From IMG/VR virus record IMGVR_UViG_2563366922_000004: a stretch of 33,415 nt of DNA. The stretch is one strand, 5' to 3'. Each line of letters opens with the position of its first letter. Position 1 is the stretch's first letter. The position numbers were made by a program, and so were the translations under genes. A model generated the notes under the pieces. That model was not told where the DNA came from, searched no databases, and worked only from the letters and a program-made list of their open reading frames with translations. Positions 1 through 11,371 of the stretch are shown one piece after another. The stretch comes from a virus. Taxonomy: Duplodnaviria > Heunggongvirae > Uroviricota > Caudoviricetes.

Positions 1-3152
<3,152 letters not shown>

Positions 3153-3172
<20 letters not shown>

Positions 3173-4472
3173 TCTCCCGCATATTGCCAGTATGGCCTTT
3201 AATGAGCCGCTGATGCTTGAACCCGCCTATGCGCGGGTTTTCTTTTGTGCGCTTGCAGGCCAGCTTGGGATCAGCCGCCTGACGGATGCGGTATCCGGCG
3301 ACAGCCTGACTGCCGGAGAGGCACCCGCGGCGCTGGCGTTATCCGTTGATGATGACGGACCACGACAGGCCCGCAGTTATCAGGTCATGAACGGCATCGC
3401 CGTGCTGCCGGTGTCCGGCACGCTGGTCAGTCGGACGCGAGCGCTGCAGCCGTATTCGGGGATGACCGGTTACAACGGCATTATCGCCCGTCTGCAACAG
3501 GCTGCCAGCGACCCGATGGTGGACGGCATTCTGCTCGATATGGATACGCCAGGCGGGATGGTGGCAGGGGCATTTGACTGCGCTGACATCATCGCCCGTG
3601 TGCGTGACATAAAGCCGGTATGGGCGCTGGCCAACGACATGAACTGCAGTGCAGGTCAGTTGCTTGCCAGTGCCGCCTCCCGGCGTCTGGTCACGCAGAC
3701 CGCCCGGACAGGCTCCATCGGCGTCATGATGGCTCACAGTAATTACGGTGCTGCGCTGGAGAAACAGGGTGTGGAAATCACGCTGATTTACAGCGGCAGC
3801 CATAAGGTGGATGGCAACCCCTACAGCCATCTTCCGGATGACGTCCGGGAGACACTGCAGTCCCGGATGGACGCAACCCGCCGGATGTTTGCACAGAAGG
3901 TGTCGGCATATACCGGCCTGTCCGTGCAGGCTGTGCTGGATACCGAGGCTGCAGTGTACAGCGGTCAGGAGGCCATTGATGCCGGACTGGCTGATGAACT
4001 TGTTAACAGTACCGATGCGATCACCGTCATGCGTGATGCACTGGATGCACGTAAATCCCGTCTCTCAGGAGGGCGAATGACCAAAGAGACTCAATCAACA
4101 ACTGTTTCAGCCACTGCTTCGCAGGCTGACGTTACTGAGGTGGTGCAAGCGACGGAGGGCGAGAACGCCAGCGCGGCGCAGCCGGACGTGAACGCGCAGA
4201 TCACCGCAGCGGTTGCGGCAGAAAACAGCCGCATTATGGGGATCCTCAACTGTGAGGAGGCTCACGGACGCGAAGAACAGGCACGCGTGCTGGCAGAAAC
4301 CCCCGGTATGACCGTGAAAACGGCCCGCCGCATTCTGGCCGCAGCACCACAGAGTGCACAGGCGCGCAGTGACACTGCGCTGGATCGTCTGATGCAGGGG
4401 GCACCGGCACCGCTGGCTGCAGGTAACCCGGCATCTGATGCCGTTAACGATTTGCTGAACACACCAGTGTAA
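3153..4472 (+). CDS. C: Head maturation protease / minor capsid protein C (439 aa), GTG start
   Basis: ORF track opens at 3039, but lambda C begins MTAELRNLPHIASMAFNEPLMLEP, which corresponds to the in-frame GTG at 3153; length from 3153 is 439 aa as in lambda; overlaps end of B. Confidence 0.88.
3867..4472 (+). CDS. Nu3: Scaffolding protein Nu3, in-frame internal start within the 3' part of C (201 aa)
   Basis: In lambda, Nu3 is the last 606 nt of C in the same frame; there is an in-frame ATG exactly 606 nt before the C stop (MDATRRMFAQKV...). Confidence 0.6.
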   Translation: MDATRRMFAQKVSAYTGLSVQAVLDTEAAVYSGQEAIDAGLADELVNSTDAITVMRDALDARKSRLSGGRMTKETQSTTVSATASQADVTEVVQATEGENASAAQPDVNAQITAAVAAENSRIMGILNCEEAHGREEQARVLAETPGMTVKTARRILAAAPQSAQARSDTALDRLMQGAPAPLAAGNPASDAVNDLLNTPV

Positions 4473-4481
4473 GGGATGTTT

Positions 4482-4814
4482 ATGACGAGCAAAGAAACCT
4501 TTACCCATTACCAGCCGCAGGGCAACAGTGACCCGGCTCATACCGCAACCGCGCCCGGCGGATTGAGTGCGAAAGCGCCTGCAATGACCCCGCTGATGCT
4601 GGACACCTCCAGCCGTAAGCTGGTTGCGTGGGATGGCACCACCGACGGTGCTGCCGTTGGCATTCTTGCGGTTGCTGCTGACCAGACCAGCACCACGCTG
4701 ACGTTCTACAAGTCCGGCACGTTCCGTTATGAGGATGTGCTCTGGCCGGAGGCTGCCAGCGACGAGACGAAAAAACGGACCGCGTTTGCCGGAACGGCAA
4801 TCAGCATCGTTTAA
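4482..4814 (+). CDS. D: Head decoration protein D (110 aa)
   Basis: [27 protein letters not shown]...AISIV matches lambda gpD; ORF track start at 4476 includes 2 extra codons, ATG at 4482 matches lambda. Confidence 0.92.
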
Positions 4815-4834
4815 CTTTACCCTTCATCACTAAA

Positions 4835-4856
4835 GGCCGCCTGTGCGGCTTTTTTT
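4835..4856 (+). terminator. Short GC hairpin (GGCCGC-ctgt-GCGGC) followed by T7 run between D and E
   Basis: Sequence aaaGGCCGCctgtGCGGCttttttt read directly; lies in the D-E intergenic spacer. Confidence 0.4.
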
Positions 4857-4869
4857 ACGGGATTTTTTT

Positions 4870-5145
4870 ATGTCGATGTACACAACCGCCCAACTGCTGG
4901 CGGCAAATGAGCAGAAATTTAAGTTTGATCCGCTGTTTCTGCGTCTCTTTTTCCGTGAGAGCTATCCCTTCACCACGGAGAAAGTCTATCTCTCACAAAT
5001 TCCGGGACTGGTAAACATGGCGCTGTACGTTTCGCCGATTGTTTCCGGTGAGGTTATCCGTTCCCGTGGCGGCTCCACCTCTGAATTTACGCCGGGATAT
5101 GTCAAACCCAAGCACTTAGCATGGCTTTCTGAGGCTTTCGTGTAG
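4870..5145 (+). pseudogene. E: Major capsid protein E, 5' fragment: 82 native codons then 9 insert-derived codons (LAWLSEAFV) and stop
   Basis: MSMYTTAQLLAANEQKFKFDPLFLRLFFRESYPFTTEKVYLSQIPGLVNMALYVSPIVSGEVIRSRGGSTSEFTPGYVKPKH matches lambda E residues 1-82; similarity ends abruptly at 5115/5116. Confidence 0.9.
5107..5115 (+). repeat. Left att core copy CCCAAGCAC (attL side)
   Basis: Matches the right copy CCGAAGCAT at 16152-16160 in 7 of 9 positions; both lie exactly where lambda-E homology ends and resumes. Confidence 0.6.
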
Positions 5146-5227
5146 TTGCTGGTTTTTACACTTAATCTTTTGATAATAAAGAATAAGTTTATCTGGCGCT
5201 TTCACTGAATTTTCCTCGTTATCTGTG

Positions 5228-5263
5228 TGTTGCAATCATCTCTGTATTGCAGCTTGTATTGCT
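5228..5263 (+). promoter_or_regulatory. Cluster of TGT(A/T)TTGCA direct repeats upstream of int; candidate integrase arm-type sites
   Basis: tgttgcaa (5228-5235), tgtattgca (5243-5251), tgtattgct (5255-5263); the same TGTATTGCA motif recurs twice near the other end at 16043-16063. Confidence 0.4.
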
Positions 5264-5277
5264 TTTTGGGGCTAAAA

Positions 5278-6513
5278 ATGGCTGGCGAGAACAAACTGAG
5301 CGACAAAGCGCTTAAAGGATATCTGGGGAAACCCAGAGAAAAGCAGATCACCATTGCTGATGGAAAGGGGCTTTCTATTCGTGTGAGTACTAAAGGGGCT
5401 GTGAGCTTTGTTTTCTTCTACAGGTTAGCAGGTGGCCGGGCTGCTCCGGTCTGGCTAACGTTGGGTAAATATCCTGATATGTCACTCAAACAGGCAAGGG
5501 AAAAGCGCGACGAGTGCCGTGGTTGGTTGGCTGACAAACGTGATCCGCGTATCCAGATTAAGATTCAGGCTGAAGAACGCTTAAAGCCGGTCACAGTGGA
5601 GGATGCACTAAATTACTGGTATGAAAATTACTGTAAGGTGCGTCGTAAAACTCATGCTGTAACGCTTGGCAGATTTCGAAAGCATATCTTTCCCTATATC
5701 GGTCATTTGCCCGTAAATGACACTCACCTATATGAATGGCTGGACTGTTTTGACCGAATTAAACGTAATGCACCAGTTATGGCGGCGTATGTTTTTTCTG
5801 ACACTAAATTAGCTCTTCGTTTTTGTCGGGTACGCCAGTACGCGACGTGTGATGCTTTAAAGGATTTGCGCATGAGTGATGTGGGGCAGATTGCAGGTAA
5901 GCGGGATCGGGTTCTGGATGAAGCCGAACTCGGCCAGCTCTGGAAGGCAATTTTTGTCGAGCCTGATTTAAAACTAATGTCTGAATACACGCGAAAAATG
6001 TTTGTGCTTTGTACAGTATTTGGATGTCGAATGAGTGAAGCCCGATTATCAGAATGGAGCGAATGGGATCTCGAAAGTTGGGTTTGGACTGTACCAAAAG
6101 ATCACTCAAAAACTGGTGTTGAAATCGTCAGACCAGTACCTGAAATTCTACGACAGTGGGTAACGGATGTTCACGAAGAGACAAAACATACTGGTTATGT
6201 GCTGGGAAGTCTGCGAATTAGAGAAAGCGTAAGCAAGATTGGGGGGAAAATCGGTAAACGTTTGGGCCATGAAAAACAATGGTCACTACACGACCTTAGA
6301 AGAACGCTATCTACTCATCTAAGTGATCTCGGTGTTGAATTTTATGTAGTAGAACAACTGTTAGGCCATGCGCTACCTGGCGTGGCAGGTGTTTACAATC
6401 GGAGTAAGTTTATGGCTAAAAAACTGGATGCTCTGGAACTCTGGACTACATATCTCAATAGCATCGCAGGTGCTGATTCAAAAGTGACAATCCTCAAACA
6501 AAAGGCTGGTTAA
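5278..6513 (+). CDS. int: Tyrosine recombinase / integrase (P4-like), probable ATG start at 5278
   Basis: N-terminal arm-binding-like region (GKYPDMSLKQAREKRDE) and C-terminal catalytic motifs (HDLRRT, LLGH, GVYNRS); ORF track opens at GTG 5227 but the homologous N-terminus begins MAGENKLSDKAL. Confidence 0.88.
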   Translation: MAGENKLSDKALKGYLGKPREKQITIADGKGLSIRVSTKGAVSFVFFYRLAGGRAAPVWLTLGKYPDMSLKQAREKRDECRGWLADKRDPRIQIKIQAEERLKPVTVEDALNYWYENYCKVRRKTHAVTLGRFRKHIFPYIGHLPVNDTHLYEWLDCFDRIKRNAPVMAAYVFSDTKLALRFCRVRQYATCDALKDLRMSDVGQIAGKRDRVLDEAELGQLWKAIFVEPDLKLMSEYTRKMFVLCTVFGCRMSEARLSEWSEWDLESWVWTVPKDHSKTGVEIVRPVPEILRQWVTDVHEETKHTGYVLGSLRIRESVSKIGGKIGKRLGHEKQWSLHDLRRTLSTHLSDLGVEFYVVEQLLGHALPGVAGVYNRSKFMAKKLDALELWTTYLNSIAGADSKVTILKQKAG

Positions 6514-6514
6514 C

Positions 6515-6742
6515 ATGAAAAAAATGGCAATTGTTGATAAAAAGGGTCTGGAGTACATTCCTAACATTGATCGTATGATCCGTGAGAAAGAATGTCGGGA
6601 GCTAACCACTCTTGCGAACAGCACACGCTGGAAGCTGGAGAAGGAAGGAAAATTTCCTAAGCGGATCAAGATTGGCGCTACTGCGGTAGCTTACCGTCTC
6701 TCCGAAGTTCAGGCATGGATTAGGGGGGAATGGCGGACATAA
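6515..6742 (+). CDS. alpA: AlpA-family HTH transcriptional regulator / excisionase-like protein (75 aa)
   Basis: Small protein directly after int with an AlpA-like helix-turn-helix region (ATAVAYRLSEVQAWIRGE); typical int-alpA pair of P4-like elements and PICIs. Confidence 0.8.
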   Translation: MKKMAIVDKKGLEYIPNIDRMIREKECRELTTLANSTRWKLEKEGKFPKRIKIGATAVAYRLSEVQAWIRGEWRT

Positions 6743-6778
6743 ATGTTGTAGTAAATTGTTATATAAAAGGGTGTAAGC

Positions 6779-7654
6779 ATGGCTACTCGAAAAAAAAATA
6801 GCGTAGAAATGAAAACTGTTTGTGAACTAATCATATCAAGAGATGATATGAAAGATAAAATTCAAGACAGAATTCAAAAAGGATTATTACTCCTACAGAA
6901 AAGCATAAATAACAATAGTGACTTGGAGCTGTTTAATGCTGATTACAGGAAATGGAGTGATTTTAATGCTGAGCTACTGAAGCGTAGTTTCACAAATGAT
7001 GATTTCAAAGAAGAATATGAAGGTGGGGCATTTGGTGTTATTTCATTGTACGAGACTTCCTTGGGAGAAAAAATCAGTGAGGCTACGCGTAAACTCCAGA
7101 GTAAGATAAGAAAACTAGAGTCGATTATGGAGCGACTGGAGTTAATTCCTATATCTTCCAAAGTTGTTGAAGAAAATATTGAAGTACCTCAGAGTTCAGC
7201 GGTAAAAACCAAAAAGGTATTCATTGTTCATGGAAGAGATGAAATATCAAAAACCAACTTAGAAGTGTTTTTAAGAGAAATTGGCTTAGAACCTATTGTT
7301 CTCCATAGGCAAGCTGATGTAGGTCAGACAGTGATTGAGAAATTTGAAGCAAATAGTGATGTTGGTTTCGCATTCATTCTTCTCACACCTGATGAGATCG
7401 CTTATTTATTGCCGCAAGACTCTTTACCTGATAATGAAAGAGAAAAGGAGTTACGTGCACGACCAAATGTAATGTTTGAATTTGGTTATTTCGTAGGGAA
7501 ATTAGGTCGTTCTAAGGTTTGTTGTCTATACACAGGTGATGTAGTGATTCCAAGTGATTTGAATGGTCTTATTTATAAAAAATTCAATTCTTCTATTGAA
7601 GAAGTAGCATATAGCATTATTAAAGACTTGCGAGCTACTGGTTACGCAGTTTAG
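6779..7654 (+). CDS. Two-domain protein: N-terminal coiled-coil-like region plus C-terminal TIR-like domain; candidate defence effector
   Basis: C-terminal half has the motifs I recall for bacterial TIR-like (COG4271-type) proteins: VFIVHGRD...LLTPDE...RARPNVMFEFGYFVGKLGR; the gene and its flanks are strongly AT-rich compared with neighbours. Confidence 0.55.
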   Translation: MATRKKNSVEMKTVCELIISRDDMKDKIQDRIQKGLLLLQKSINNNSDLELFNADYRKWSDFNAELLKRSFTNDDFKEEYEGGAFGVISLYETSLGEKISEATRKLQSKIRKLESIMERLELIPISSKVVEENIEVPQSSAVKTKKVFIVHGRDEISKTNLEVFLREIGLEPIVLHRQADVGQTVIEKFEANSDVGFAFILLTPDEIAYLLPQDSLPDNEREKELRARPNVMFEFGYFVGKLGRSKVCCLYTGDVVIPSDLNGLIYKKFNSSIEEVAYSIIKDLRATGYAV

Positions 7655-7683
7655 TAAATTCTTTGAACTAAAAATCTGCATAG

Positions 7684-7716
7684 ATATAGAGCCATTCGAG
7701 ATAAATGGCTCTATAT
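7684..7716. terminator. Perfect 13 bp inverted repeat with 7 nt loop between convergent genes; likely bidirectional terminator
   Basis: ATATAGAGCCATT-cgagata-AATGGCTCTATAT read directly; sits between the stop of 6779-7654 (+) and the stop of 7730-7909 (-). Confidence 0.5.
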
Positions 7717-7729
7717 GAAATATTATCTG

Positions 7730-7909
7730 TTAAATTTTGACTTCATATCCGCGTTGCTGTAGTTCTTTGCGAATAATCCTTTTAATCCAGGCTGCTAAAG
7801 ATTCGTCTCCATCTACTTGCTGTGCTTGCTCCATCAACTCCCTCAACTCAGGATCTAACCGAAACTGGAACGGAGGATTACCACGTCTTTGATTTTTGTG
7901 TGTTGACAC
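7730..7909 (-). CDS. Small Arc/MetJ-type ribbon-helix-helix DNA-binding protein (59 aa, GTG start); not in the ORF track
   Basis: Manual minus-strand translation gives (V)STHKNQRRGNPPFQFRLDPELRELMEQAQQVDGDESLAAWIKRIIRKELQQRGYEVKI, with a beta-strand then two helices as in Arc; start codon overlaps palindromes. Confidence 0.5.
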   Translation of the reverse strand: MSTHKNQRRGNPPFQFRLDPELRELMEQAQQVDGDESLAAWIKRIIRKELQQRGYEVKI

Positions 7910-7957
7910 GTCAATTACACCCGATGTAATGTGTTAATGTGTGATGACACATTACAT
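7903..7957. promoter_or_regulatory. Divergent control region: palindrome TTGAC-AC-GTCAA (7903-7914) and 10 bp inverted repeat ATGTAATGTG / CACATTACAT (7924-7933 / 7948-7957); candidate operator and promoter
   Basis: Inverted repeats read directly; TTGACA at 7903-7908 is a plausible -35 for the rightward operon; located between the RHH gene (-) and the 8040 operon (+). Confidence 0.35.
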
Positions 7958-8039
7958 ACGTGTTTAGGAAAATGCAACGCCTCGACGTGCGGGAACACCA
8001 TCGAGGCGTCTAACCAACCCGTTAAATGAGGTAACGATT

Positions 8040-8405
8040 ATGGCTGGAACACAGCATACCCAAACTCACCCTAAATTTATATACACCTTTCTGGCACTAC
8101 ACCACGACCGCATGGCAGATGGAGCAACTACGGTACATGTAGCCGCTGACACGCTGGTTGATGCCCGCAAGATGGTTAAGGAGATGGGCTATACTGCGGC
8201 TTTCTGGAAAGGGCGTGAAGAAAACACGCTGTTTATTCAGAAATGCGAAAACAATTTCATCTGGCGTTTTATCGCCCTGAGCACCGCACAACCGCGCGTG
8301 ATTCACATCGTGGCCACCAGCGAACAGGAAGCACGCCAGCAATCCCCGGCTGGCTGCGTGATGGTATTCGCCGCCCGTATTCGTCAGGGGGTATGCCATG
8401 CCTGA
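8040..8405 (+). CDS. Hypothetical protein; C-terminal part resembles Icd-like (cell-division-inhibitor-like) small proteins of P4-like elements
   Basis: C-terminal segment FIWRFIALSTAQPRVIHIVATSEQEARQQ...VFAARIRQG resembles the Icd-like pattern from memory; GAGG Shine-Dalgarno about 9 nt upstream of ATG 8040; first gene of a + operon. Confidence 0.45.
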   Translation: MAGTQHTQTHPKFIYTFLALHHDRMADGATTVHVAADTLVDARKMVKEMGYTAAFWKGREENTLFIQKCENNFIWRFIALSTAQPRVIHIVATSEQEARQQSPAGCVMVFAARIRQGVCHA

Positions 8406-8718
8406 TATGTCAAATTACCAGTACCTGATTAATCCGCATTTTAACTGTGAGCATGATATTGCTAAAAAGGTTTATTCCGCTGCGGATGGGGCTACTGACA
8501 ATATATCAATGGCTGTTGCGTCAATTGGTAGCCTGATGTGGCATGCGTCAGAAAATGAGGACTATGACGAAAAGGCTATGCGCATTGATATGGGTAATAT
8601 CGGTTTGTTACTGGCAATGCTTGGGCAGTTTGATATTTCGTTACGGTGCACCATTGAAAATGCCACAGATGCATTAAATGCCATAAAGAAAGCGAATACT
8701 GATTCAAATCGGGGATAA
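8398..8718 (+). CDS. Hypothetical protein (106 aa)
   Basis: ORF with ATGCCTGA start/stop overlap with the upstream gene (translational coupling); no recognisable family. Confidence 0.45.
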   Translation: MPDMSNYQYLINPHFNCEHDIAKKVYSAADGATDNISMAVASIGSLMWHASENEDYDEKAMRIDMGNIGLLLAMLGQFDISLRCTIENATDALNAIKKANTDSNRG

Positions 8719-8724
8719 ATAATC

Positions 8725-9024
8725 ATGAGAACATATTTATCTGGCTTGACTGCCAGCGGTTATGCACACCCCAAAATTATCCCCGGCGCTATTTATCTGG
8801 ATAAGAACGGTAACAGAGTAACGGTAAAAGAACTGATGTTTGACCGTGTGTATTTTATTCGTGATGGCTATTCATTTCATAGTTCGCTGAACGTGGAGAT
8901 CTTTATTAGCAGATTCAGGCGGGAAATCCCGCTTTCCAGAAATAACCATGTGTCATGTATGGATGTTGATAAAAAACTACAGGAACTGAAAAACATGATT
9001 GCCGCGTGGAGAGAGCAGAAATGA
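8725..9024 (+). CDS. Hypothetical protein (99 aa)
   Basis: ORF in operon context immediately upstream of the primase gene; no recognisable family. Confidence 0.45.
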   Translation: MRTYLSGLTASGYAHPKIIPGAIYLDKNGNRVTVKELMFDRVYFIRDGYSFHSSLNVEIFISRFRREIPLSRNNHVSCMDVDKKLQELKNMIAAWREQK

Positions 9025-10838
9025 AAAAAGCGCCAAATTTAAAACACCAGCCGCGTGACAAAATGACGGAAGTCATCATTTTTGCGGGTAGTGATGCGTG
9101 GGCACATGCGAAACAGTGGCAGGAACAGGACGGGCGACTGGCTGGCGATAACGTGCCACCTGTCTGGCTTGGAGAGCAACAACTTGCCGAACTGGACAAC
9201 CTGCAAATCGTACCGGACGGACGCTATCGCGTGCGTCTCTATCAGGCGGGGTTATTGCGTCCGGGGCTTGTTAATACCATCGGGCAGAAACTGGCAGTGG
9301 CAGGTGTCAGGGATGCTGATTATTACCCTGAAGGAATGCACAGCCAGAAACGGGAGAACTGGCGCGAATATCTGGAACGTGAACGGGCAGAGCAGGCGGA
9401 AAAGAAAAAGGTAGTTGAACTGCCTGTAAAGAAAAAAGAGCGGGTAAAAGACGATAACGCTTCATCACTGGCGCTTAACCAGATGGGAGCAAGTCAACGC
9501 GGCGAAGTTCTCCTGGCACATTATGGCGGTGAACTGGCGATTCATGCTGACTCTGACACTGTTCACCATTACAACGGCGTTGTATGGGAGCCAGTACAGG
9601 ATAAAGAATTACAGCGAGCTATGGCACAGATTTTCATTGATGCGGAGATCAGCTATTCGCAGAACGCCATTAAATCGGCGGTCGATACCATGAAGTTAAG
9701 TTTGCCTGTAATGGGGAATACAGCCCGTAACCTGATTGGATTCAGTAACGGGGTATTTGATACCAGAACAGGTAATTTTCGGGAGCATAACAAAAACGAC
9801 TGGTTGTTAATTGCCAGTGAATTACCTTTCAGCCCACCAGCAGAGGGGGAAACGCTGGCAACACATGCGCCGAATTTCTGGAAGTGGTTACGCCGTTCGG
9901 TGGCTGAGAATGACCGCAAGGCGGATCGCGTACTGGCTGCATTATTCATGGTGCTGGCGAACCGGTACGACTGGCAGTTATTCATTGAGGTAACAGGTCC
10001 AGGGGGAAGTGGTAAAAGCGTGATGGCGGAGATTTGCACCATGCTGGCGGGTAAGGCCAACACAGTATCGGCAAGCATGAAGGCGCTGGAAGATGCAAGG
10101 GAACGCGCGTTAGTGGTTGGCTTTTCGCTGATTATCATGCCGGATATGACCCGCTACGCTGGTGATGGGGCAGGGATTAAGGCTATTACAGGCGGTGACA
10201 AGGTGGCAATTGACCCGAAACACAAAGCCCCCTACTCAACGCGTATTCCGGCAGTAGTGCTGGCGGTTAACAATAACGCCATGTCATTCAGTGACCGCAG
10301 CGGGGGGATCTCACGTCGTCGGGTGATATTCAATTTTTCGGAAGTTGTACCGGAGAACGAACGCGATCCAATGCTGGCGGAAAAAATAGAAGGTGAGTTG
10401 GCGGTAGTGATTCGCCATCTGCTTACACGGTTTGCTGACCAGGACGAAGCCAGACGCCTGTTATATGAGCAGCAGAAATCTGAAGAAGCACTGGCGATAA
10501 AGCGAGAGGGGGATTCGCTGGTGGACTTCTGCGGCTATCTCATGGCGTCGGTAATGTGTGATGGCCTGTTAGTGGGTAATGCTGAAATTGTGCCATTCAG
10601 CCCACGCAGGTATCTCTATCATGCCTATCTGGCTTATATGAGGGCACATGGGTTTGGTAAACCTGTAACACTGACGCGCTTCGGTAAAGATATGCCGGGG
10701 GCAATGGCGGAATATGGCAGGGAGTATATGAAACGGAAAACGAAGCACGGTTTGCGTTCAAACGTGACACTGACGGAGGAATCAGAAGACTGGATGCCAT
10801 CATGTGTATCGGTCACTAATGACGATAGCAAAAATTAA
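9006..10838 (+). CDS. Replication protein: primase / SF3-type helicase (P4-family), start 9006 or 9021
   Basis: Walker A motif VTGPGGSGKS and Walker B-like SLIIMPD; 610 aa; immediately followed by an iteron array. Confidence 0.82.
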   Translation: MERAEMKKAPNLKHQPRDKMTEVIIFAGSDAWAHAKQWQEQDGRLAGDNVPPVWLGEQQLAELDNLQIVPDGRYRVRLYQAGLLRPGLVNTIGQKLAVAGVRDADYYPEGMHSQKRENWREYLERERAEQAEKKKVVELPVKKKERVKDDNASSLALNQMGASQRGEVLLAHYGGELAIHADSDTVHHYNGVVWEPVQDKELQRAMAQIFIDAEISYSQNAIKSAVDTMKLSLPVMGNTARNLIGFSNGVFDTRTGNFREHNKNDWLLIASELPFSPPAEGETLATHAPNFWKWLRRSVAENDRKADRVLAALFMVLANRYDWQLFIEVTGPGGSGKSVMAEICTMLAGKANTVSASMKALEDARERALVVGFSLIIMPDMTRYAGDGAGIKAITGGDKVAIDPKHKAPYSTRIPAVVLAVNNNAMSFSDRSGGISRRRVIFNFSEVVPENERDPMLAEKIEGELAVVIRHLLTRFADQDEARRLLYEQQKSEEALAIKREGDSLVDFCGYLMASVMCDGLLVGNAEIVPFSPRRYLYHAYLAYMRAHGFGKPVTLTRFGKDMPGAMAEYGREYMKRKTKHGLRSNVTLTEESEDWMPSCVSVTNDDSKN

Positions 10839-10850
10839 ACTTATGGAATA

Positions 10851-11075
10851 ACTGTTCACCACTGTTCACCCTGTCATAAATATCTTTTATATCAGTATAT
10901 TATAGGGTGAACAGTTATTTATGAACTGTTCACCAAACTATTCACTGTTCACCTTTTTGATTGTTTATTGAGCTTCAAGGGTGAACAGTGGTGAACAGTT
11001 GGTGAATAGTTTTTGTGAAACTGTTCACCCCTTAACATTATGAATTAAAAGAGAAAATATCAAAAGGTGAACAGG
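10851..11075. repeat. Iteron-type replication origin: about 10 copies of CTGTTCACC / GGTGAACAG in both orientations with an AT-rich centre
   Basis: Copies read directly at about 10852, 10862, 10906, 10926, 10945, 10979, 10990, 11000 (variant GGTGAATAG), 11021 and 11066; directly downstream of the primase gene. Confidence 0.7.
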
Positions 11076-11125
11076 TGAAGGGTTAAAACGCAAAAATTTT
11101 AATTTACTGCTGTGAGATAAAGCCT

Positions 11126-11371
11126 ATGACAGCGAAGCACACAAAAAAATCACAATCGCACGCCCTTGATTTGACGGAACACTGGTTAAGGGTGTCGATA
11201 AAAATCATTGACCGCAACGCCGGGGAAGGATATGCGAAAGCACATCCCGAACTGATTAGCGCATTCATGACAACGGCAGCTGCAAACTTTGCCACGCTGA
11301 CAGAACGGGAGATTGCCGAAGCGGAACAGGTGACAACCATCAACGTTAAAACCGGAGAGCAGACAGCATGA
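11126..11371 (+). CDS. Hypothetical protein (81 aa)
   Basis: ORF whose stop overlaps the start of the downstream SSB-like gene (ATGA); no recognisable family. Confidence 0.35.
   Translation: MTAKHTKKSQSHALDLTEHWLRVSIKIIDRNAGEGYAKAHPELISAFMTTAAANFATLTEREIAEAEQVTTINVKTGEQTA

Noticed and set aside
4843-4869. Upstream start at 4843 for E
   Set aside because: It lies within the D-E terminator hairpin and T-run; lambda E begins MSMYTTAQ at 4870.
10851-11075. The CTGTTCACC repeat cluster as a CRISPR-like or transposon terminal repeat array
   Set aside because: Repeats are 9 bp, irregularly spaced, in both orientations and directly downstream of a primase gene; this fits an iteron origin.
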